Shown here piece by piece: positions 26,416 through 32,827 of a stretch of 32,827 nucleotides of DNA. Origin of the DNA: Desulfomonilia bacterium (GTDB lineage: Bacteria; Desulfobacterota; Desulfomonilia; UBA1062). The stretch is taken from assembly GCA_050014195.1 (NCBI GenBank), contig JBEKDT010000025.1:1-32827 (forward strand), read 5' to 3'. The position numbers and the translations under genes were made by a program. The notes under the pieces are model-generated. The model had not been told where the DNA came from. It searched no databases and saw only the letters and a list, made by a program, of their open reading frames with translations. Numbering within the stretch: the first letter of the stretch is position 1; each line of letters begins with the position of its first letter.

Positions 26416-27846
26416 TTAGTGTGTTTTCACCTGCACATAGGTGCTCTGCCCGCTCCTGTGGTCCAAGGCCAGCAGCACCGAGTCCTGATCGGGCTGGAGG
26501 ACGCTCACCATCCCTGCAAAATCCTCCGGGCTGTGTATTGCCTGGCCGTCCATCTCGAGAATGACGTCTCCCACCTCGAACCCTGCTTCCGCCATGGGGC
26601 CTTTCGGGTCAAGCCATTTCACAACCACCCCTGAATCAATCCCATAGTTGTCCGATTCTTGAGTTTTAACGGGCCGTACCTCAACGCCTAGTCGGTCCTT
26701 AACAATTGAAGAGAGGTATTTCAGGGATTCGTCCATGTCCCCGACCACAAGCTCGATGTTCTTTTCATTGCCGTCCCTGAGAACGACAACCTGAATCCCG
26801 GTGCCGATAGGTGTTGCGGCCACCCGGTTTCTCAGTGATCCGGGATCATTCACATCTTTTCCGCCTGCTTTTATCACGATGTCGTCCTTCTTCAAGCCCG
26901 CCTTGTCCGCAGGTCCCCCCTTAACCACATCCACAACCAATGCACCTCGAGGCGCCTCCATTTTGAGGGACTTTGCCTTTTCCGGCTCCAGCTCCTGGAT
27001 GGTAACGCCTATCCAACCCCTCTTGACCTTGCCGTAGGCAATTAAAGTCTTGGAGATGGAGATAGCGAAGTTGCTGGGGATGGCGAAGCCGATCCCTTCT
27101 GAGCCACCGGACTCGGAGGCTATCACCGAGTTGATCCCGATGACTTCACCCTTGAGGTTGATGAGCGGTCCGCCGCTGTTGCCGGGGTTGATGGCGGCAT
27201 CGGTCTGGAGAAAGTCCTGATATGAGCTCGGATCTGTAATACCCTGGCGGTGTTTGGCGCTGATAATGCCGGCGGTCACGGTCTGATCCAGCCCCCTGGG
27301 ATGGCCTATGGCCACTACCCATTCCCCCACCTCCACCTTGTCGGAATCACCGAATGTAACAAAGGGGAGTTTTGAGTCGGGATTGATCTTGATCACGGCA
27401 AGGTCCGTCTTCGGGTCTTTCCCGACTATGCGGGCTTCATACTGTTTGGCGTTGGAGAGTATGACCTTTATATTCGTAGCCTCATCCACGACATGATTGT
27501 TCGTAAGGATGTCACCCGTCTCATCAATGAGAATGCCGGTTCCAAGCCCTTTGAGTTCACGTTTGAATTTTTTCGGTGCCTGGGGCTTGTCGGAGAACGG
27601 GGATTGCGGGATTTCGAGAAATGGAGAGAAAGGGACGATCTGCTGCTGCGTCACCTCGATATGCACAACTGCCGGGATGGTGGCCTTGGCGATTTGTGTG
27701 AAGATGAATCTGAGGTCAGTGCTGAATTGCGATTTTTGTGTTCCCTCCTGGTTCGGATCAACTGCGTTCGCTGCTCCTTGCATTATGGTGAGGCAGGAGA
27801 TGATGACAATCATTGTGGTGAAAAGGATCCTACGGTATTTCCCCAT
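26416..27846 (-). CDS. DegP/HtrA (Do-family) serine protease with two PDZ domains
   Basis: Signal peptide; TNNHV, DLAVIK and [15 protein letters not shown] catalytic triad; two PDZ domains. Confidence 0.95.
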   Translation of the reverse strand: MGKYRRILFTTMIVIISCLTIMQGAANAVDPNQEGTQKSQFSTDLRFIFTQIAKATIPAVVHIEVTQQQIVPFSPFLEIPQSPFSDKPQAPKKFKRELKGLGTGILIDETGDILTNNHVVDEATNIKVILSNAKQYEARIVGKDPKTDLAVIKINPDSKLPFVTFGDSDKVEVGEWVVAIGHPRGLDQTVTAGIISAKHRQGITDPSSYQDFLQTDAAINPGNSGGPLINLKGEVIGINSVIASESGGSEGIGFAIPSNFAISISKTLIAYGKVKRGWIGVTIQELEPEKAKSLKMEAPRGALVVDVVKGGPADKAGLKKDDIVIKAGGKDVNDPGSLRNRVAATPIGTGIQVVVLRDGNEKNIELVVGDMDESLKYLSSIVKDRLGVEVRPVKTQESDNYGIDSGVVVKWLDPKGPMAEAGFEVGDVILEMDGQAIHSPEDFAGMVSVLQPDQDSVLLALDHRSGQSTYVQVKTH

Positions 27847-28009
27847 GGATAAATCCTCCGATTCTTATGAGCGTACACTTTTCATGCACGTTACTGTCCG
27901 ACTTTAAGCACTAATCATAGCATCGGGGCGTGCAAATGCAAGGGTGATTCTACGAAATAAACCTGAGCCCCATGCACCGGCAAAATGATGATAAATCAAT
28001 CCCCCGGGC

Positions 28010-29137
28010 TCAACCTTTCGAACACTGCTGTAATGCGACCTCGATCTCTTTCTTGAGTTCACCTTTGCCCTGCAAAAGGAATGTTTCGAGTGCCTTGCAG
28101 GCATCCTTTCCGCCGATCCGGCCCAAGGCCCAGGCGATCATGGCGAGCACGTTGAAGTCTTCGTTCTCCCCATAGGCACGCACGAGGTCGGTCACATATC
28201 CGGGGTCCAGGCTGTTGCCCATGGCGCGGGCGATATTCATCTTCCAGCGCCATAGGTCTTCCGGCCCTTGGTAGAACATGTGGGGGTAGACCTTTGAGGT
28301 GAAATAACCGAGGTCCATGTGCAGCAGCTTCCTCAAGTCGAAATCATCGGCAATGGCCTCTACCTTCTTGTTCATGGGACGCTCAAGGCCGAGCCACGGG
28401 GCATTGCGGGGACAGACATTCTGGCACCGGTCGCACCCGTAGACCCACATGCCCATGGGCTCCCTGAGATCTCTTGGGGTGAGGCCGTCACCGAAGTAGC
28501 TCAGATAGGATATACACCTGCGAGGGTCGATCTTGCGGGGGCCCTTCAGGGCGCCCGTGGGGCAGGCGGAAATACAGGCGTTCCTGCACCAGTCCGGGCA
28601 GGCCACCTCATAGCTGGGGGTATCAGGCGCGAAACCGCGGTCAACCACCAGGGCAACGGGCAGTACCCATGAGCCCATGAGCGCCGCCTTTCTGGAGTAG
28701 AACAGGGTGTTCTTGCCGAATGTCCCGAGGCCCGCCCTTGCTGCAGCCACGCGGTGGGGGAGGTGAAAGGGGACCTTGCTGTCGATCCCGTCCTGCGAAA
28801 GGAAAGACCTGAAGGCCTTGATTCTTATTGCAAGCCCGTCCTTGGTGACCCGGTCGTCGTCTAGGTAGCAGCGCCCGAAATGGCGCTCCATCCGCGAAGG
28901 GAAGGCCTCCCTGAAATAAGATTCTATCAGGACAATGATGGATGCCGCATCGGTAAGGATATTTTTCGGGTCGGTGCCGGCTATGAGATCGAGCCCCATT
29001 CTTCCCACCCACCCGTACTCCTCCTGCCACTCCAGAAGCAGTCCTTTCTGCGTGTCGAAGGGTTCTGCCGTGGTGAATCCGATATCCGCAAAACCCAGCG
29101 CAAGGGCCTTGTTTATCACGTCACTCCTGCTGAGCAT
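28010..29137 (-). CDS. QueG-like double [4Fe-4S] protein with HEAT-repeat tail
   Basis: GFADIGFT, AARAGLGTFGKN, GSW, CPDWCRNACISACPTGAL, RCISY, GCDRCQNVCP, NIARAMGN..AWALGRIG; GAGGGAGG Shine-Dalgarno. Confidence 0.8.
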   Translation of the reverse strand: MLSRSDVINKALALGFADIGFTTAEPFDTQKGLLLEWQEEYGWVGRMGLDLIAGTDPKNILTDAASIIVLIESYFREAFPSRMERHFGRCYLDDDRVTKDGLAIRIKAFRSFLSQDGIDSKVPFHLPHRVAAARAGLGTFGKNTLFYSRKAALMGSWVLPVALVVDRGFAPDTPSYEVACPDWCRNACISACPTGALKGPRKIDPRRCISYLSYFGDGLTPRDLREPMGMWVYGCDRCQNVCPRNAPWLGLERPMNKKVEAIADDFDLRKLLHMDLGYFTSKVYPHMFYQGPEDLWRWKMNIARAMGNSLDPGYVTDLVRAYGENEDFNVLAMIAWALGRIGGKDACKALETFLLQGKGELKKEIEVALQQCSKG

Positions 29138-29187
29138 GGCTTACCTCCCTCGTTCGTGTTGGCTGGCTGTGCATATTATCATCAAAG

Positions 29188-29229
29188 GGTGATCAGTGAC
29201 CAGTGATGAGATAAGAGTGACTCGTGACT
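29188..29229. repeat. Heptamer tandem array (RGTGAYY)
   Basis: GGTGATC AGTGACC AGTGATG AGATAAG AGTGACT CGTGACT. Confidence 0.75.
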
Positions 29230-29232
29230 GCT

Positions 29233-29404
29233 GTAGGAGCGGCTTTAGCCGCGACATCCCAGAACGGGTCGCGCCTGAAGGCGCTCCTACATCTCAATAA
29301 TATGTCTGTTGTAGGAGCGGCTTTAGCCGCGATTGTAGATCGCAGGTCGGGGTGAGCGATAGCGAACCCCGACATGATTATAGGGGCAGGCCTTGTGCCG
29401 TCCT
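29233..29404. repeat. Cluster of GTAG-family REP sequences (REPIN doublet plus extra units)
   Basis: GTAGGAGCGGCTTTAGCCGCGA at 29233-29254 and an identical copy at 29311-29332; inverted GTAGGAGCGCCTTCAGGCGCGA at 29269-29290; GTCGGGGT..ACCCCGAC hairpin 29346-29373; degenerate ATAGGGGCAGGCCTTGTGCCGTCCT 29380-29404. Confidence 0.88.
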
Positions 29405-29418
29405 TTTATGGTGTGCCA

Positions 29419-29682
29419 TTATTCTCTTGGCAACTTCTTGGGTAGCGCCTTCAATGCCTTGATGTACCTGGCCTCATTGAAGGGCCTGTTGGCCTTGAGC
29501 ATATCATTCATCTCGTTGACCAACACAAAGGCAATCAATCGCATTGCCTCATGGTGTGTATGACCTTCACCCACCAGCCTGTCATACGTCAATTTTGTCT
29601 CTTTGGGATTGTCATTGTCGATCTGGTTCTGAATGGCTTCAAACAGCGCCTCTTTCACATTCATCTTATTTTCATTATCCAT
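29419..29682 (-). CDS. Small helical hypothetical protein (87 aa)
   Basis: GGAGAAG Shine-Dalgarno, ATG 29682; EAIQNQIDNDNPKETKLTYDRLVGEGHTHHEAMRLIA..PFNEARYIKAL looks like a conserved uncharacterised family. Confidence 0.75.
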   Translation of the reverse strand: MDNENKMNVKEALFEAIQNQIDNDNPKETKLTYDRLVGEGHTHHEAMRLIAFVLVNEMNDMLKANRPFNEARYIKALKALPKKLPRE

Positions 29683-29705
29683 GTTCTTCTCCAAAATCCG
29701 TTGCT

Positions 29706-30902
29706 TCACGCCGGCAACGAGCCGATGTGTCTTCTCCTGATCACAAATCCTAAATAACCTACGAGTGCAAAACATGCACCGGCCCAGAAGGTTGCGCGAG
29801 GGCCGATTATATCCCAGAGCAAACCTGCCAGAATACTCGAAACCAGCATGGCGATGCCTGTTGCAAGGCTGAAGATGCCGAAGGCGCTGCCGCGTATATT
29901 CTCAGGTGAGGTGTCGGCCACGAGTGCCGAGAAGATCCCCTGGGTCAGGCCGTTGTGCAGTCCCCAGAGTGCTGCACCGAGTGCCACGAGGGCATAGCTT
30001 GAGGACAACGCGAATACCACATCAGCGGCAACGAGCACAAGGCAGCCGGCAGAGAGCATCCCCATTCTGCCGAGCTTGTCTGAGAGTACTCCCACGGGGT
30101 ATGCAGAGAATGTGTAGACCACATTCATCAGGACCATGAAAAAGGGCACAAGCGATGCCTGCACGCCGACCCCCTGTGCACGCAGGAGGATGAATGCCTC
30201 GCTGAAACGCGCCAGGGTGAAGATGCTGCCGAAGGCAACGATGAACCAGAACGCATGTCCGAGCATCTTCACGTCGGCAAACCGGATAGGCCGGCCCTTT
30301 TCTTCTCCCTGCTTGTGCACGGGCTCCTCGACGCCAAGGACAAGAAAGGTCACGGCAACGATGCCCGGCAGTACGGCGACCCAGAATACGGTCCGGAAGC
30401 TGTTTGAGGTAGCGAACATCAAAACACTGGCCAATGCAGGACCGATGAAGGCGCCTGCAGTATCCATGGATTGCCTGAGCCCGAAGGCGGCCCCGCGCTG
30501 CTCGGCAGTAGTGATGTCGGCGATGAGCGCGTCCCGCGGTGCCCCGCGGATGCCCTTGCCGATCCGGTCGAGGAAGCGTGCGGTTAAGATGATCCCGACA
30601 CCGTTCGCCATTGCAAAGAGCGGCTTGGTAAGGGTGGCCATGCCATAGCCGATGACCGCGAGCACCTTTCTCTTGCCGAGCCGGTCGCTCAAGAACCCGG
30701 AGAACACTTTTGTGATAAGCGCCGTCGATTCGGCGATACCCTCGATGATACCGAGCGACAGGGCGGATGCGCCCAGACCCACTACCAGGAATATGGGCAG
30801 CAGGCTGTGGATCATCTCGGATGAGATGTCCATGAACAGGCTCACAAGCCCCAGCATCCAGACTGAGCGGGGGATACCCCGGAATGCGATCATGCGCTTC
30901 AT
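29706..30902 (-). CDS. MFS transporter
   Basis: About 12 hydrophobic segments; GFLSDRLGKRK and GVLSDKLGR motif A; DRIGKGIRGAPRDALIAD. Confidence 0.93.
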   Translation of the reverse strand: MKRMIAFRGIPRSVWMLGLVSLFMDISSEMIHSLLPIFLVVGLGASALSLGIIEGIAESTALITKVFSGFLSDRLGKRKVLAVIGYGMATLTKPLFAMANGVGIILTARFLDRIGKGIRGAPRDALIADITTAEQRGAAFGLRQSMDTAGAFIGPALASVLMFATSNSFRTVFWVAVLPGIVAVTFLVLGVEEPVHKQGEEKGRPIRFADVKMLGHAFWFIVAFGSIFTLARFSEAFILLRAQGVGVQASLVPFFMVLMNVVYTFSAYPVGVLSDKLGRMGMLSAGCLVLVAADVVFALSSSYALVALGAALWGLHNGLTQGIFSALVADTSPENIRGSAFGIFSLATGIAMLVSSILAGLLWDIIGPRATFWAGACFALVGYLGFVIRRRHIGSLPA

Positions 30903-30953
30903 GGAAAAATGCCTACCTTATTTTTTCTCTCCATAATCTTTTTCTTATAACTC

Positions 30954-31622
30954 TCACTGATCACTTAAAATCGGCCAGGTCGCCGGATAGGGGGCTTCAA
31001 TCTCGACCCATGTCATCAGCGTGGGGTGTTTGAATTCCATCTTCCTGTGGTGCAGTGCGATACTGTCCATGTACGGCCACTTCTTTCCGCCGTAGTGCGT
31101 ATCACCCAGTACCGGGCATCCGGATGCAGCAAGCTGGGCCCTGATCTGGTGGTAGCGGCCTGTCTCAAGAATGATCTCCACCAGAGACATGCCATTTCGT
31201 TGCTCGACAATGCGATAGGTCAGCAGTGCCATACGGGCCCCGGGCTCTTGAGATGATGCGATCACCGATCTCATACGCGAGTGCCTCAGGTGGTGCATCA
31301 GGACCCCGTGAGGCCCCGGCAGCTCATTGGTAATGACAGCATGGTAGACCTTGATAATGCCTTTTTCACGCATCTGATCGTTCATCCTGTTCAAGGCCTT
31401 GCTGGTTCGGGCAAAGAGCACCACGCCGCTTACGGGCTTGTCGAGCCGGTGCACGGCATGGAGAAAAACCTCGCCGGGCTTGTCTTTGGACTGTTTGATC
31501 CATGCCTTGGCCTGCTCCTCCAGGCAGTCGCCCGTCTTTCCCGACGGTTGGGTGAGCAGGCCCGAGGGCTTGTTGAGGGCCAGAAGGTGGTTGTCTTCGT
31601 GAAGGATCTCGATGGCAGACAT
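30954..31622 (-). CDS. RluA-family RNA pseudouridine synthase (no S4 domain)
   Basis: NKPSGL, VHRLDKPVSG with catalytic Asp, TGRYHQIRAQL, PVLGDTHYG, ALH. Confidence 0.95.
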   Translation of the reverse strand: MSAIEILHEDNHLLALNKPSGLLTQPSGKTGDCLEEQAKAWIKQSKDKPGEVFLHAVHRLDKPVSGVVLFARTSKALNRMNDQMREKGIIKVYHAVITNELPGPHGVLMHHLRHSRMRSVIASSQEPGARMALLTYRIVEQRNGMSLVEIILETGRYHQIRAQLAASGCPVLGDTHYGGKKWPYMDSIALHHRKMEFKHPTLMTWVEIEAPYPATWPILSDQ

Positions 31623-31644
31623 GGCCGGGTTCCATCACCTCTTT

Positions 31645-32532
31645 TTAAGAAGATATCGTCTCAGAGACCCACCGGCAATATGTCCCGCTGGGCACAGGCA
31701 GAACCACGGATTTGCCTTCCAGCAGCATCTCACCGCTTTCGTACTGTGATGCGACCTTTGGGGGCATGGTGCTTAAAAGGATGTTCTGTAGCACCCGCGG
31801 GGTGCATGTGGGGGTATGGGATGTCGCCAGGAGGAACAAGGGCAAGTCCGATAACAGGGACCAGCACTTTTTCACTGTTGCGATCAGCTCATCTTCGATC
31901 TTGTAGACCTCTTCGTTCTTGCCGTGGCCGTAGGTGGGCGGGTCCAGGATCACTGCGTCATAGCGCCTTTCCCTCCTGATCTCCCGGTCGAGGAACTTGT
32001 TCACATCGTCCACGATCCAGCGGATGGGGGCATCGGTCAGGTTGTTCAGCTCCGCGTTCTCTCTCGCCCAGCTCACCATACCCTTGGATGCATCCAAATG
32101 GCAGACCTGGGCTCCGCAGCGGGCTGCTGCAAGGGTGGCCCCGCCCGAGTAGGCGAAGAGATTGAGCACCGAGACCTGGGTGCGGCCCATGATGTTTGAC
32201 TGCGTGAGGATAGAGTTTATCCATTTCCAGAGCCCCTGCTGCTCGGGGAAGATGCCCAGGTGGCCGAAGTCGGTCCTGGCGAGCCTGAAGTGAAGCCCAT
32301 CCATGGTTATGCGCCACGACTCGGGCATCCGGGTGCGCTGCTGCCAGCCTTTTCCCGGCTTGCGCTCGTAGGAGGCATCGGCATCATCCCATAACTCATT
32401 ATCTTTCTGTGGGGCCCAGATGGCCTGGGCGCAGGGCCTGATCAAGGTGTAGCGGCCGAAGCGTTCGAGCTTTCTGCCGTTCCCGCTGTCTATGAGCTCG
32501 TAATCGTATGAATGGGATGGTTTATTTTTCAT
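31645..32532 (-). CDS. Class I SAM-dependent methyltransferase (RlmI/YwbD-like RNA methyltransferase)
   Basis: YELIDSGNGRKLERFG, HLGIFPEQ, VLNLFAYSGG SAM motif, ILDPPTYG. Confidence 0.9.
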   Translation of the reverse strand: MKNKPSHSYDYELIDSGNGRKLERFGRYTLIRPCAQAIWAPQKDNELWDDADASYERKPGKGWQQRTRMPESWRITMDGLHFRLARTDFGHLGIFPEQQGLWKWINSILTQSNIMGRTQVSVLNLFAYSGGATLAAARCGAQVCHLDASKGMVSWARENAELNNLTDAPIRWIVDDVNKFLDREIRRERRYDAVILDPPTYGHGKNEEVYKIEDELIATVKKCWSLLSDLPLFLLATSHTPTCTPRVLQNILLSTMPPKVASQYESGEMLLEGKSVVLPVPSGTYCRWVSETISS

Positions 32533-32609
32533 GATCTTTCCAGGATAGTTAGCATCTCTGCGATGGGCAAGTACATACTAATTGTTGTCTCTTTAAACCA
32601 AAATCAGAT

Positions 32610-32636
32610 GTCATTCCCACGAAAGCGGGAATCCAG
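32610..32636. repeat. dRS3-like palindromic repeat
   Basis: GTCATTCCCACGAAAGCGGGAATCCAG contains ATTCCC-N8-GGGAAT (32613-32632). Confidence 0.8.
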
Positions 32637-32701
32637 GTATTCTCTTGATTGAACATGTACGGTTACCCGCTCCTGAAGATCAAACCTCATTATTCTATTA
32701 T

Positions 32702-32750
32702 GTTCATTTCTTTGCTTGCCCAAAGAAATGAACCAAAGAAAGGGCACCCG
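32702..32750. repeat. Hairpin repeat element
   Basis: Perfect 13-bp inverted repeat GTTCATTTCTTTG / CAAAGAAATGAAC (32702-32714, 32721-32733) followed by CAAAGAAAGGGCACCCG. Confidence 0.7.
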
Positions 32751-32827
32751 GTACAGTCTATAGACATAGGTGACACTTTCGTAAAGAGACATGGGTAACA
32801 CTTTTTTTGGGGTATGAGTGCCTTGAA
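32751..32827. mobile_element. Probable IS terminus (IS481-family-like) running off the window
   Basis: GTACAGTCT then two 18-bp direct repeats AGACATAGGTGACACTTT (32762-32779) and AGACATGGGTAACACTTT (32787-32804), 16/18 identical. Confidence 0.55.

Noticed and set aside
29233-29332. Possible CRISPR mini-array (identical 22-mers)
   Set aside because: Only two direct copies with an inverted variant between them, a GTAG REP signature, and no cas genes.
29193-29375. 60-aa ORF with AAKAAPT repeats
   Set aside because: Translation of REP sequences.
32604-32801. 65-aa ORF ending LDSRFRGND
   Set aside because: Translation across the dRS3-like repeat, hairpin and IS-like end.

Overview
Bacterial chromosomal window, gene-dense and mostly about 50-60% GC. 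Gene content and protein styles suggest an anaerobic deltaproteobacterium (Desulfobacterota/Myxococcota-like); this is inference only. It opens with the 3' end of a 2-oxoacid:ferredoxin oxidoreductase beta subunit. A long co-oriented + strand run follows: ffh; a soluble GAF-PAS histidine kinase; a sigma54 activator; a Wzx/Wzy-type polysaccharide export-only module (short OPX, outer-membrane beta-barrel, polysaccharide co-polymerase, ExeA-like AAA ATPase with LysM+SPOR, BY-kinase); comF; an unknown GNAT-like protein; a DUF2520(PanG-like)-RfaE/HldC fusion; a polyprenyl synthase; and a CbpA-like J protein. The middle holds comEA, an orphan lipoprotein, a stand-alone solute-binding protein and a MoxR/VWA pair coupled to a divergent acyl-CoA dehydrogenase. 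The - strand run on the right encodes a VOC protein, a small Cys protein, an AT-rich GATase, a disulfide oxidoreductase-thioredoxin reductase fusion, YbaK, DegP, a QueG-like Fe-S protein, a hypothetical protein, an MFS transporter, RluA and a SAM methyltransferase. Intergenic spaces carry several small repeat families (heptamer and nonamer inverted arrays, GTAG REPs, a dRS3-like palindrome), and the window ends in what looks like an IS481-type terminus. The best novelty candidates are the ffh-linked export module with a possibly septum-targeted AAA ATPase, the PanG-like/heptose adenylyltransferase fusion, and the QueG-like protein lacking QueG catalytic motifs. No rRNA, tRNA or CRISPR array was seen. 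All calls are from motif recognition by eye, with no database searches.
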